Origin: Squalus acanthias
Taxonomy: Eukaryota
Length of the DNA stretch: 64,000 bases
Direction of reading: 5' to 3'
NCBI GenBank assembly: GCA_030390025.1
Contig: CM059425.1
Span: 167,464,001-167,528,000 of the forward strand
Part shown: positions 39,654-52,655 of the stretch, one piece after another
Layout of the letters: every line of letters starts with the position of its first letter
How positions within the stretch are numbered: the stretch's first letter is position 1
Made by a program: the position numbers and the translations under genes
Notes under the pieces: generated by a model
The model's input: the letters and a program-made list of their open reading frames with translations, nothing else
The model's database searches: none
What the model was told of the DNA's origin: nothing

Positions 39654-41648
39654 ATGGATAGGCCCAGGGAGAGAGCTCATCACTTTAGTAACCAGACCTT
39701 GGTGGCTCTGGTTGGCGCTGTCGAGCGGCAACGGGCAGTGCTGTACCCAGAGAGTGGCAGGCGGCCATTGCCCCGGGAGTACCGAAGAGTGTGGAGGGAG
39801 GTGGCTCAAGGAGCCTGGTGCCGAGGACTCACACTCAGTGTAGGAAGAAGTCCAACGACCTCACTCGGGTCGTCAGGGTGAGTGACTGCTTTTCAAAACC
39901 TCTACATCCCTCCATCTCAACTTCACTCTGTGCCCAGAGGGTTTAAAAACCCAAATGCCCAGCACTCATCCAAGGCCTATGGCCATCTCATAAAAGACAC
40001 ATGCACATTCCACACCTTGCATATATTAAGGGTTTTTCAACTATGGGAGGCACATCAGGCAAACACAAGGCTGCACACATGAAGGGCTATTCAACTATGG
40101 GAGGCACATCAGGCAAACACATGAATATACACATTAAGGGCTATTCAACTATGAGAGACACATCAGGCAAGCACATGGCTGCACAGTTACTCAGACACTG
40201 TCCTTTTTCTTGCAGGACATGCTCTCTCATAACAGGCAGGAGCAGCAACACATGGGAGGAGGACCAGCTGACCTACACCCCCTGACCGATTTGGAGGCGA
40301 GAGTGTACAGGAGCGTTGCCAGCCAGGTCATAGGTGCCGTGGCCGCTGGAGAGGTTGACCCCCTTGGGGACAGCAATGGTATGTTCATCAGCTTTCTCTC
40401 TTCTCTCATACCACTTGCCCCTCACAACACCAGCCTTATACACTTTCAATCCAACTAACTGTCTCCAGTCCTTGCTCCCTTCCTGCCCCCCTGCCCTCAC
40501 GCTGAAGCCACTCTTGTACCTTCCTGCTTTCAGATAGTGAACCATCAGCTGACCAGCCGGTCCCTTAACCTGCTAATGGCAGCGACACCCCAGACGAGGA
40601 GGAAGAGGAAGCCAGAGCCTTACCACCTGCGTCTCCTGAGGGTGACAATTCAGACACTGGGGCCACGCCTTCCCTGGAGGGGAGCAGGGTGGTAGGGTCT
40701 GATGAGGGCAAAGCTCCTGGACCCAGCGGGCTGCAGCAACGCCATGGGGGTAGGGAAGCTCGGGGGCCATCTCCCCGGAGGGTGAGTAGGTGTGCGAGCT
40801 CTGCTGCACAGGACTCAGATGAGGACCTCGACATCGCGGCCATGAATACCCAGGCCTTGAGCATGTACACTGAGCTCATGGGTGCAATGGCAAAAGTGCC
40901 TGAAAGCATGGATGGACTGGCTAGGAACTTGGAGGAGACCGCCGCCAGCACAGCTGCCATCTGTGCACAAACCCTTGAATCCATCCATGCCTCGTTGCAG
41001 AGTATGGTTCAATTGCAGGGAGACCGTGGGGAACCAGAGCCCATGCCGCGTGTAATGGGTCAGGTGGCAGGATCTATTGCAGCACAGTCCGAGGCAACGC
41101 AATGGCTTAGTGCTGCAATTGAGTCATTGGCTGGTGCCATCAAGTCTCAGATTGCTCTCATGCAGTCTCAGATTGATGTCACGTAAGCACTGACTGCTGC
41201 CATCCTTACTGGGTCGCCCACAGTCCCTTGGGGATCTGATGGTGCCGCAGCAGGCCAGCAATCTGTGCTTGAGCAGATTGCTCCAGATGCTGAGGTACTG
41301 CCCCGTGGGAGTGGCAGTGTGTCGGTCGAGCAGGAAGTTGCTGTCCTCTCTCAGGATGACTGTATTCCTGCTCCCACCACTGCCACTTCCCCATTGCACT
41401 TGGCACAGCCTGCAACACAGCCAGCCCAGACTGCTGCCGCCCATGCAGAGTTGGTGCAGTCTGCAGCTGGGCCCTCCAGGCCCAGAGCTGGTCGAGGGCG
41501 TCCTTCAAAGCCATCTGCAGTCTCTGGATCCAACATTCAGCAGCCTTCCACCAGCCTTGCTGCAGCCACTGGGGCCACATTACAGAGGAGCAGTAGGTTG
41601 GGAAGGGGGGCAGTGCGCAGGGGATGGAGATCACCCTCGAAGGCCTAA
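39654..41648 (+). pseudogene. Harbinger Myb/SANT-like gene, disrupted
   Basis: MDRPRERAHHFSNQTLVALVGAVERQRAVLYP..VWREVA; frameshift in exon 1; exon layout parallels 34223-36192. Confidence 0.8.
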
Positions 41649-41960
41649 CAGTAGGATGTGTAAATAAATGGGGGGAATGTTTGTGGAAAAGTTCGAGGTT
41701 CTTGTTATTGTATTTGTTTAGTGTTTTGCCATTTATCTCCATGTTGTGAGAATGAGTTTTGTTAGTTCATGAATTGTTGGGTTTGTTTCTAATTGTTTGT
41801 CCTGAATAAATGACAGAGTTTGTAATATAAATAATTTTTAAAATTCTAACTTTACATATTTGGTCATTTGACTCATTGCAGCTTTGCCCGGCAATAGAGG
41901 GTGCGGGGTGCTTTCCATGATGTGCTTCTTCATCCCAGAAGCCATCTTCTCAGAAAGGGC

Positions 41961-43060
41961 TTAGAATCGGTGTCTTATGAGCCGTTCACGGACAGCCCTT
42001 GCAGTGGCAACATTGTGCGCCTCCCTCCCACGTTGGTGCTGCTGATCCTCCTCTTCATCCTCCTCCTCCTCCTCCTCTCCCTCTTCTTCCTCCTGAGTTG
42101 GTACACCAATCCCTGGTGGCAATGGCTGGGTCTTCAGGATTGCCAGGTTGTGAAGCATGCAGCACACAACAATGAAGAGGGAGACTTGCTCGGGAGAGTA
42201 CTGCAGGGCTCCTCCAGAGTGGTCCAGACACCGGAACCGTTGTTTCAAGACACCGATCATCTGTTCTATGAGTTTCCTGGTGGCGCTATGGCTCTCATTA
42301 TACTGCAGCTTGGCAGGGGTGTTGGGGTTAAGGAGCGGTGTCATCAGCCAGGTACAGAGTGGATAACCCTTGTCCCCGAGGAGCCATCCACTTGGTTGAC
42401 GCGGTGCTTAGAAAAGGTCTGCCACACCAGTCTGGCGCAGGATAAAAGCATCGTGGCTGCTGCCAGGATAGCGGGCATTGATGGCGAGTATGAGCTGTCT
42501 GTGGTCACAGACCAACTGGACATTTAAAGAGTGGAAGCCCTTGCGGTTTCGGAAAACCTCTGCATTTTCATGCAGTGCCCGCAATGCCACATGCGTGCAG
42601 TCAATGACGCCCTGAACCATGGGGAAGCCCGTTATCCTCGCAAAGCCATGGGGTCATGGGGAAAGAGATGTACTGGCGTCTCCTCTTATACAGAGCATTT
42701 GTCACCTCCCGGATGCAACAATGCACAGCGAACTGCGAGATATTCGCTATGTCCCCAGTAGAAGCCTGGAAGGAGCTGCTGGCATAAAACTTCAGAGCCA
42801 CCATCACCTTCACTGCCACTGACAGAGACGTCCTGGTCCTGAGCTGAGGCTGCAGATCTGGTTGCAGGAGGCGGCAGAGCTCCTCAGACAAATGAATGTA
42901 GGAGAATTGCTCCCTGAATACCCTGGGAGGGTAAGGTCTCCTGTGCAGAGGCCTGTTGGCCCTCCTCCCTCTGGCCACGTTTGCCACTCTCTCTGCGCTT
43001 CTGCTGCCTCCGATTGTGCAGATGAGCGACGACGCCCCGAGTTAGTGCAGCTCCCAGAGA
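41961..43060 (-). pseudogene. Harbinger (HARBI1-like) DDE transposase, disrupted
   Basis: [59 protein letters not shown] and CCMLHNLA spread over three frames. Confidence 0.9.
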
Positions 43061-45899
43061 AGCTTCTAAATATCATTAGAAGGAAGGTGAAATAGAAATG
43101 AACCTCCAAAGTAGTTCTCAGGGCCCAAAACTCCTTTGGACGGCATTGAATCTCTCCAGACATCTCTCTCCCTCTCAACCTTGTGTACCAAAAATTTTGC
43201 CGACAAGAAAAGGCAGGAAGTGGCCGCCTTTAAATAGCGCTCCCCCAGCCCCTTCCTGACTTGCAAACATTCCCCTCTACTTGTCGTTCCTAGCAGCAGG
43301 CGCTAAGGCAGGGGGCACGACTCAATATCTGGTCCAGGATGCTACCGGGGCGTTGCACGCTCGACTGACGTCACGATCTGCAGGTGCAGGAGATCGTGGC
43401 AGTAGTGTCTAGCGCCGTCGCAAAACGACTGGTCAATTTCGCGAGCGACGCTAAAATCGCCGTGCTCGGGCGCTAAGTTCCTACAGCTCCATTAACGCCC
43501 CCGGAGGAGCTAACGGGAGGCGCTAACCAACCAAATTTTTCCCCCAAAATTCTTAAGGGGCTTGATAGGGTAAATGCTAGGAGGATGTTTCGCCTGGCTG
43601 GGGAGTCTAGAACTAGAGGTCACAGTCTCAGAATAAGGGGTCGGCCATTTAGGATTGCGATGAGGAGAAATTTCTTCACTCAAAGGGTTGTGAATCCTTG
43701 GAATTCTCTACCCCAGAGGACTGTGGATGCTCATTCATTGAGTATATTCAAGATAGAGATCGATAGATTTTTGGATACTAAGGGAATCAAGGGATATGGG
43801 GATAGTGCGGAAAGGTGCAGTTGAGGTGGAAGATCAGCCATGATCTTATTGAATGGCAAAGCAGGCCTGAAGGGCCGAATGACCTGCTCTTGCTCCTATT
43901 TCTAATGTTCTTATGTTCAGTATTTCAGGATGCTAGAGAAAAGCTTAAGGGAAAGAAATAACTTGTATTTGTATAGCATCTTATCACATCTCCAGGGTCA
44001 TCTAAAGCACCTCACATACAATACATTACTTTGGAGTGTATTGACTAAATGTTATTTGTTTAGATAAAACAAATAAAGGACAGATTTCACCTGTCCTTTT
44101 TCTTTAATTTTCTTAATAGACCCTCTTCTAAAGAGAGTTATTAATCCAATACGGTTTCAAAAGCCTGGTAGCAGCTAACACATTGTATAGAGCTAATGAA
44201 ATTCCTTAGATATAGTGAACCTGCAAGAAGCTAAAAAAATACCTTTATTAGGAATTATTTTGGTGTATAAAATTGAATTACAGTGAATTTAAAAAATCCA
44301 TTAACAGGAATTCATTCATTGTTCTAGCCACCTGGTGTAAGACAACACTTGACTTGCCATTACAATAGGAAGATGTTAGACTTTCTCTTTTTATCTGATT
44401 GTTAGAGGTTGATTTGTGTTCGAGGCTGTAGACCAAATGATCCTTAAGGCTCTGGAAGCTTTTTGGATCAATGAGTTCTACAATGTTTTCCCTCAGTGAC
44501 AGTGACAGTACTCTTAAATGTAGGTTTTGATGCTACCTTAGGCGCAGGAGTGAATTAAATGGCTGACTACTTGTGCACAGACAAATTTCTTAGGATTGAA
44601 GTGGTCCTCGCCTCCTGACAGCTGACACCTGAAATGATGCAGGCTGTAATATATTTGCTACTGCATGGGCAGTCTTGGCCCATGTGCTTTCTGCCAATTG
44701 TGCAGATTGGAGAGGGCAGCTGTGACGGTCCAGATGTGTTGGCATCCTTAGAGACAGCGCTCCAGCCCACTCTAACCATGCACCGGCTATTGGTCACCAC
44801 CTCACAAAGCTACTGCTTACCATGACAACGGACCCAATGGCACCAATGAGATCAGTGAAACTCCTCTGTTTAACTGATTCTCAAACCTGTTGAAGCTGGA
44901 ATAGATATCTTGTTCCATTCTGGAACCCAGGCCTCTATGGCAGTTGTTTAAGCATGTGTGTAAAAAGCACTGACTGCCCTTGGGGCTTCTGGCATGGGGA
45001 AGCTCCACAAATGTCCCTAGAGTTGCCACATGCTCTATGAGTGGATAATAATGTTATGAAAGCATTATTCAGGGATGCCTACATGTGGTTAATGGATTTT
45101 TCCACCCAAGCCGTTATCTGCAGTACGCTACTTGTCACAATCTCTAATCCCTACACCAGTGCTTGAATATCCTTCTTTGAAAAGCATGCCCGTGATGTCC
45201 AGATCTCCAGGCTCAAAAGGATGCAAGCAGACCATCTGGATAGTTGGTTGCTCCTTCTCTTCTGCCACCGCCACTATCTGTTTTAGCTCACTCATGCTGT
45301 TTGTCTCTCCCAGTGCTCACAGAGAGCACATTGGCTAGAAAATCACGGGTTATGTGCCTGTAATTTTCTGTGATGTCCTTCTTTAATGTGCTGGTACTCA
45401 CTTGGAGCTTGGAATCAGTCTTATAAAGTGTTAAGTATTGCATATAAGAATAAAAGATGGGTATTCCATGAATGGTGTTGAAATAGCTAAAAATGCAATT
45501 GAAAGAAACCTAGGAGTCTTAGTAGACTTGATGCTCAACATGTCTAACCAATATAGAACAGCAAACAATAAACCCAATAGACTGCTGCATTATATAGTGA
45601 AAACGGTAGAGGGTAAGGGTGCAGGGATGGCTGCATTTATTGCCTATCCCTAGTTGCCCTGAGAAGGTGGTGGTGGACCTTATCCTTGAACTGCTATCGT
45701 CCTTGTACTGATGTTGCTCCCAATATAGTGTTAGATAGGGAATTCCAAGATTTTAATCCAGTGACAATGAAGGAATGGAAATATATGTCCAAGTCACTAC
45801 TGAGCCACACTTGGTGATGAACATTGAAGTCCCACATCCAGGGTATATTGTGTACCCTTTCTTTCCTCCGAGTCTCTGCCAAGTGATGTTGAGGATATG

Positions 45900-46340
45900 G
45901 GAGTCATCAGGACTCATTTTACTTTGGGAAATGTAGTAGTTCAGTGATATTGAGCAGCTGTCTCATGTTATTCATTGGACAGGGGATGAAAGTGCAGGCC
46001 CTGCTGGCTGATGCCTCAGTCAACTACTTGATACATGTGTGAGAAGCATATTAGCTAATAATGCAGTGATAACCACAGGCATAACAGTTGAGGGCAGTGC
46101 TACACTAGCTAACCACTGCCAGTGCTATACCCATGTTGTAAATTGGCTGCAGAGGTCCAAGCTGCAGATGACAAAGCTCTGCAAAGGTGTCCCTGCGAAT
46201 CCAGAGCAAGCTGAGGCAGTTATCCTCAGTCATTGCTAGGTAGGTAGGCTGTGGATATGGCCTGGCTCCTGTTGATTTGTCCGGCGTGCGTCCTTTCATC
46301 TTGCACCATCAATACTATATTTGAGGCACTGTAAAAACAA
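45900..46340 (-). pseudogene. Very old Harbinger transposase N-terminal remnant
   Basis: ARPYPQPTYLAMTEDNCL..IRRDTFAELCHLQLGPLQP resembles RPYPP..YLQLSEEQCIRRLRF..ELCHLLQPDLQP of the younger copies. Confidence 0.5.
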
Positions 46341-47213
46341 ACTTACCTTAAAGAGTAAAAAAAAAGCCTCAAAAGATGTTCTCACAAAAATATCACTAAA
46401 AATTCCAGCAATGTGGAAAAATATGTAACACAGACAATGCTGTACTAAAAAGCACTGTGATCATAAAAATAAAATGCTAAACCATGTGCTGCTTCAAGAG
46501 CTCCTCAACCCATGGAACCACCCTTGCTTCCATTCCAAATGGACACATAAGGAATAAAAAGGGCAAATCTCAGGCAAACCCTCCAAAATTGTGCTACATA
46601 TTTACATATTTTTGCATGAATTCTTGGGTCTTAATGAGGCTAAGGCGTGAAATGAGTACAAGCACTCTAGCACACAGCAGTGCAGTAGGCCATAGAATAG
46701 CAACCCAGTAGAAAATTCTGTGATTCCACTGTACCATATAACAACTGCTATCCTGGTACACAGCCTTAACTGCCACTTACATTATTTTTACCCTAGTTTA
46801 TTTTTGGATAATTATAGTCACCCATTATTATGGCTCTGTTATTCCTGCATTTTTCTCGAATTTCTCGATATATTTCTTTCTCTAACCTTTCCACTGGCCT
46901 ATAATATACTTCCAATAGAATAATAATTCTCTTCTTATTCTTTAACTCCAATCAAATTGTTTCAGCTTTTGTACCATACCCAATAACACCCCTACATTCT
47001 AGTACTACAGTGGAATCTTTGATGAACACTGCTCCCCCTCCTTTTTTCATATTCTATCCCTCCTGAATAGTTTTTAATTAGGAATGTTCAACTCACACCT
47101 GCCTATGTTTGTTTGGCAATCTTACTCATTTTACTCCCTTTTCCTTCTGATCTGTTCTTAGGTGTCAGCCATGGCTCAGTGTTAACAGTCTCACATCTGA
47201 GCCAGAAGATTGT

Positions 47214-48003
47214 GGGCTGGATTTTGCCAATGGGGAGCTTTTGGAGGCGGGACTCCCACTTGTCGGGTTTTAGTCCCGCCTCCATCAACTTCTGGCCAAC
47301 CCACGCTATTTTCCCTTGCTTGACCTTGTTAAGCCCGCCCAGCGGGTTTAGCAGGCCAATTAAGGGAAAGCCGGATACAGAGAACGTCAGCGTATGACGC
47401 TTCATCTGACAAAAATTTTTGACAGATGAATTGTCATCGTTTGACAGCTCTGTGAAACTGTCAAACACTGAAATTCTCTGTAGTTTGATGAGTTCTTGAA
47501 TTCAAGACCTCATCAAACCACTTTCTTTTGCAGAAATTAGATGGTTGTTGCATCCCCAACTCTTGAAGCCTGCAGGAAGAAACAAAGGTGAGTAAACTTT
47601 TTCTAAAACTTTCCACTTACTTCACATACTCACCTCTCCACACTTGCACCCATCACTTACCTTCACAGCGCACTTTTGCACCCCTCCGACCCCCGCAGAC
47701 CCACTACTCGCCTCGGTGACCCTGGCGGGGTTCACTGCCTTCGGGAAGCCCGCACTTGTGTGGGTAAAATGGGGATAATCCTCTTATCTGCCTGTTAATT
47801 ACCTGTTAACAGGCAGTTAAGTGGCTGTAATCCCCTTCCCGCCTCCAAGGAGATGGGACCCAGCGCGGGTCAGCTACCCACCTCCTGGCAAGATGGCACG
47901 GAGGCGGGTTGGGGGCAGGATGGGCACCCGCTCCCAGATTCTGCCATTTTCCCGGCAGTCCTGCCTCCATACCCGCCTCCCCAGGGCAGGCAAGATCGCG
48001 CCC
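47214..48003. mobile_element. Harbinger-type MITE, family M1
   Basis: TIRs GGGCTGGATTTTGCC / GGCAAGATCGCGCCC; exact TSD TGT between the SINE A and B boxes. Confidence 0.88.
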
Positions 48004-48060
48004 TGTGTGTTCAAGTCCCACTCCAAAGACGAGCAGAAAATGTCGGCTGACACTCCTGTG

Positions 48061-49905
48061 CAGTACTGAGGGAGTGCTGCACTGTCGGAGGGTCAGTACT
48101 GAGGGAGTGCTGCACTGTCGGAGGGTCAGTACTGAGGGAGTGCTGCACTGTCGGAGGGTCAGTACTGAGGGAGTGCTGCACTGTCGGTGGCTCAGTACTG
48201 AGGGAATGCTGCACTGTCGGAGGGTCAGTACTGAGGGAGTGCTGCACTGTCGGAGGGTCAGTACTGAGGGAGTGCTGCACTGTCGGAGGGTCAGTACTGA
48301 GGGAGTGCTGCACTGTCGGAGGGTCAGTACTGAGGGAGTGCTGCACTGTCGGAGGGTCAGTACTGAGGGAGTGCTGCACTGTCGGAGAGTCAGTACTGAG
48401 GGAGCGCTGCACTGTCGGAGGGTCAGTACTGAGGGAATGCTGCACTGTCGGAGGGTCAGTACTGAGGGAGCGCTGCACTGTCGGAGGGTCAGTACTGAGG
48501 GAATGCTGCACTGTCGGAGGGTCAGTACTGAGGGAGTGCTGCACTGTCGGAGGGTCATTACTGAGGGAGCGCTGCACTGTTGGAGGGTCAGTACTGAGGG
48601 AATGCTGCACTGGAGGAGGGTCAGTACTGAGGGAGCGCTGCACTGTCGGAGGGTCAGTACTGAGGGAATGCTGCACTGTCGGAGGGTCAGTACTGAGGGA
48701 GTGCTGCACTGTCGGAGGGTCAGTACTGAGGGAATGCTGCACTGTCGGAGGGTCAGTACTGAGGGAATGCTGCACTGTTGGAGGGTCAGTACTGAGGGAA
48801 TGCTGCACTGTCGGAGGGTCAGTACTGAGGGAGTGCTGCACTGTTGGAGGGTCAGTACTGAGGGAGCGCTGCACTGTCGGAGGGTCAGTACTGAGGGAAT
48901 GCTGCACTGTCGGAGGGTCAGTACTGAGGGAGTGCTGCACTGTCGGAGGGTCAGTACTGAGGGAATGCTGCACTGTCGGAGGGTCAGTACTGAGGGAGTG
49001 CTGCACTGTCGGAGGGTCAGTACTGAGGGAGTGCTGTACTGTCGGAGGGTCAGTACTGAGGGAGTGCTGCACTGTCGGAGGGTCAGTACTGAGGGAGTGC
49101 TGCACTGTCGGAGGGTCAGTACTGAAGGAGTGCTGCACTGTCGGTGGGTCAGTACTGAGGGAATGCTGCACTGTCGGAGGGTCAGTACTGAGGGAGTGCT
49201 GCACTGTCGGAGGGTCAGTACTGAGGGAGTGCTGCACTGTCGGAGGGTCAGTACTGAGGGAATGCTGCACTGTCGGAGGGTCAGTACTGAGGGAATGCTG
49301 CACTGTCGGAGGGTCAGTACTGAGGGAATGCTGCACTGTCGGAGGGTCAGTACTGAGGGAATGCTGCACTGTCGGTGGGTCAGTACTGAGGGAATGCTGC
49401 ACTGTCAGAGGGTCAGTACTGAGGGAATGCTGCACTGTCGGAGGGTCAGTACTGAGTGAGCGCTGCACTGTCGGAGGGTCAGTACTGAGGGAGCGCTGCA
49501 CTGTCGGAGGGTCAGTACTGAGGGAATGCTGCACTGTCGGAGGGTCAGTACTGAGGGAGCGCTGCACTGTCGGAGGGTCAGTATTGAGGGAATGCTGCAC
49601 TGTCGGAGGGTCAGTACTGAGGGAATGCTGCATTGTCGACGGGTCAGTACTGAGGAAGTGCTGCACTGTCGGAGGGTCAGTACTGAGGGAGTGCTGCACT
49701 GTCGGAGGGTCAGTACTGAGGGAGCGCTGCACTGTTGGAGGGTCAGTACTGAGGGAATGCTGCACTGTCGGAGGGTCGGTACTGAGGGAATGCTGCACTG
49801 TCGGAGGGTCAGTACTGAGGGAGTGCTGCACTGTTGGAGGGTCAGTACTGAGGGAATGCTGCACTGTCGGAGGGTCGGTACTGAGGGAATGCTGCACTGT
49901 CGGAA
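48061..49905 (+). repeat. 33-bp minisatellite, about 56 copies (CAGTACTGAGGGAGTGCTGCACTGTCGGAGGGT)
   Basis: Directly visible tandem array with variant units GGAGTG/GGAATG/GGAGCG. Confidence 0.98.
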
Positions 49906-52195
49906 GTATCATCTTTCTGGTGAGATGTTAAATTTAGGCCCTGTCTGCCCTCAGGTGGATGTAAAAGATCCCATGGCATTATTTTTAGAAAAGCAGAGGA
50001 GTTCTCTCTGGTGTCCTGGCCAATATTTATCCCTCAACCATTATTTCGTTATTAAGACATTGCTGTTTGTGAGACTTTGCTCTGTGCAAATTGGCTGCCA
50101 TATTTCCTACATTACAACAGTGACTACACTTCAAAAGTACTTCATTGGCTGTAAAGTGCTTTGCAACCTCCTGAAGTCATGAAAGTTGCTATAAAATGCA
50201 AGGCTTTTTTCTTTCTTAGTTTCCTGTTTTTCTCTTTAATCTTTCTTATATTCCTTGTCCCCATTTCTCTCCTGTCTTATTCCTTGTAATATAATCATCA
50301 ACACAATTATAGTATCATATGGCCAAAAAACGTGATATCTGTGGAGCTCAAATCAAGAAATTGCATATTGAGGTGAGAAAATGGATTTGGCCATTGCTTA
50401 AACCAGCATCTGTAGCTTCAGTGATGGCTAATTCATTAACCAATTACAAACTCACCAATGTTCCCCCTAAGCTGCATGGCCGCACAGCTCTCTGCCGGTC
50501 CCGCGCAGCCCAGGACCAATTTGGAGTGGGAGGGGGAGGATCCAATTGTCATGGTCCACGTAGGAACCAACAACTTAGGTAGAACTAGGAACGGGGTTCT
50601 GCTGAGAGAGTTTGAGGAGCTAGGGTCCAAATTAAAACGCAGAACATCAAAGGTAATAATCTCTGGATTGTTACTTGAGCCACGCGCAAATTGGCATAGG
50701 GACAAGCAGATCAGAGAGTTAAATGTGTGACTCAAAGAGTGGTGTGGGAGGCAGGGGTTTTGATTCATGGGGTACTGGCACCAGTACTGGGTAAAGAGGG
50801 AGCTGTTTCGTTGGGACGGGCTCTGCTTAAACCGGGCTGGGACCAGTGTCCTGGCGAAATGAATAACTAGGGCTGTAGATAGGGCTTTAAACTAAAAAGG
50901 GAGGGGGAGGGGTCAGATGAGGGGAAATTAAGAAATTTAAAGAGAAACGTCAAGGCAATGGAGCAGTGTAGCGATTTGAGTAAAGATAAGCAGAGTGTGA
51001 CAGGAAGGAACAGAGAGTTTAGTGGTAATAGTGCATTAGTGAATAAGGTGAAAGCAGGGAATAATGGTAAAAAGTTAAAATTAAAGGCTCTTTTTCTGAA
51101 TGCACGAAGCATTCATAACAAGATAGATGAATGAGTGGCACAAATAGAGATAAATGGGTTTGATCTAATAGCCATTAAAGAGACATGGTTGCAAGGTGAC
51201 CAAGGTTGGGAACTAAATATTCCAGAGTACTTGACGTTTTGAAAAGACAGGCAGAATGGAAAAGGAGGGGGCGAGCCCTGGTAATAAAGGATGACATAAG
51301 GACAGTAATGAGAAAGGATCTTGGCTCAGAAGATCAGGAAGTAAAATCAATCTGGGTGGAGATAAGAAATAACAAGGGGCAGAAACCCTGGTGGGAGTAG
51401 TTTATAGGCCCTCAAACAGTAGCTATACGATTGGACAGAGTATTAATCAACAAATAATAGGAGCTTGTAACAAAGGTAATGCAATAATCGTGGGGGACTT
51501 TCATCTTCATATAGACTGGGCAAATCAAATTGGCAAAGGGAATCTGGAGGATGAGTTCATGGAATGCATTCGAGACAGTTTCCTAGAACAATACGTCGTG
51601 GAACCAACCAGGGAACAGGCTATTTTAGATCTTGTATTGGGTAATGAGACAGGGTTAATTAGTAATCTCATTGTAAAGGATCCACTGGGGAAGAGTAATC
51701 ATAATATGCTAAAATTTCACATTGGGTTTGAGAGCGAATGTACTTAAGTCCAAAACTAGAGTCTTAAACTTAAATAAAGCCAATTACATAGGTGTGAGGG
51801 GTGAGTTGGCTAAGGTTGATTGGAAAATTAGTTTAAAATGTCTGACCGTAGATAAGTAGTGGCAGATATTTAAAGAAATATTCCAAATTTCTCAACGAAT
51901 ATACATTCCATTGAGAAATAAAAACTCCATGGGAAAAGTGATCCACCTGTGGCTATCTAAAGATATTAAGGATAGTATTAGATTAAAAGAAGAGGCTTAT
52001 AATGTTGCGAAGAATAGTAGTAAGCCTGAGGATTGGGAGAGCTTTAAAAACCAGGAAAGGATGATCAAAAAAATTGATAAAAAGGAGAAAATAGAATATG
52101 AGAGTAAACTAGCAAGAAATATAAAACCAGATTGTAAGAGCTTCCAAAAGTATGTAAAAAGGAAGACAGTCGCAAAAGTAAGTGTTGGTCCCTTA

Positions 52196-52655
52196 GAAAA
52201 CAAAGACTTGCATTTATATTGCACCTTTCACGACCACCAGATGTCTCAAAGCGCTTTACAGCCAATGAAGTACTTTTGGAGTGTAGTCACTGTTGTAATG
52301 TGGGAAATGCGGCAGCCAAATTGCACACAGCAAGCTCCCACAAACAGCAATGTGATAATGACCAGATAATCTGTTTTTGTTATGTTGCTTGAGGGATAAA
52401 TATTGGCCAGGACATCAGGGATAACTCCCCTGCTCTTCTTCAAAATAGTGCCTTGGGATCTTTTACGTTCACCTGAGAGAGCAGACGGGGCCTCGGTTTA
52501 ACGTCTCATCTGAAAGACTGCACCTCCTACAGTGCAGCAGTCCCTCAGCACTGCACTGGAGTGTCAACTGAGATTTATGTGCTCAAGTCCCTGGAGTGGG
52601 ACTTAAACCCACAACCTTCTGACTCAGAGGCGAGTGTGCTACCCACTGAGCCACT
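52196..52655 (-). mobile_element. Complete tRNA-derived Deu-type SINE
   Basis: Minus strand begins GTGGCTCAGTGGGTAGC (A box), GGTTTAAGTCC (B box); single copy of the 33-bp unit precursor; AT-rich tail; inserted into the CR1. Confidence 0.85.

Larger units (their letters stand above)
39295..43545. mobile_element. Two-gene PIF/Harbinger transposon (decayed)
   Basis: TIRs GGGGGAGAAATTGG / CCAAATTTTTCCCCC, exact TSD AAA inside the CR1, repeated subterminal GCGCTAA motifs, convergent genes. Confidence 0.93.
32760..43917 (+). mobile_element. CR1 LINE ORF2 plus 3' end, split (32760-33900, 37979-39294, 43546-43917) by two Harbinger elements
   Basis: EN motifs (MGNFN, ILDLV, SDHN), RT motifs ([26 protein letters not shown]), TRGHS C-terminus and tgttcttatgttc tail; degenerate. 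Confidence 0.92.
47161..50210 (+). mobile_element. tRNA-derived Deu-type SINE interrupted by a MITE and an internal minisatellite
   Basis: A box TGGCTCAGTG at about 47172; B box GTTCAAGTCC at about 48008; CTCAGGTGGATGTAAAAGATCCCATGGCA body at about 49950; collinear with the uninterrupted copy at 52196-52655. Confidence 0.8.

Noticed and set aside
40025..40185. Three ~51-bp tandem copies, and similar short duplications at about 35640-35740 and 60458-60503
   Set aside because: Local slippage duplications inside transposons with no sign of independent function.
48061..49905. CRISPR-like regular repeat array
   Set aside because: Units are directly tandem with no unique spacers, the context is eukaryotic and there are no cas genes.
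47806..50182. Long ORFs of 250, 516, 633 and 218 aa
   Set aside because: They are translations of the 33-bp (11-codon) minisatellite, open in several frames on both strands; no evidence of a gene.
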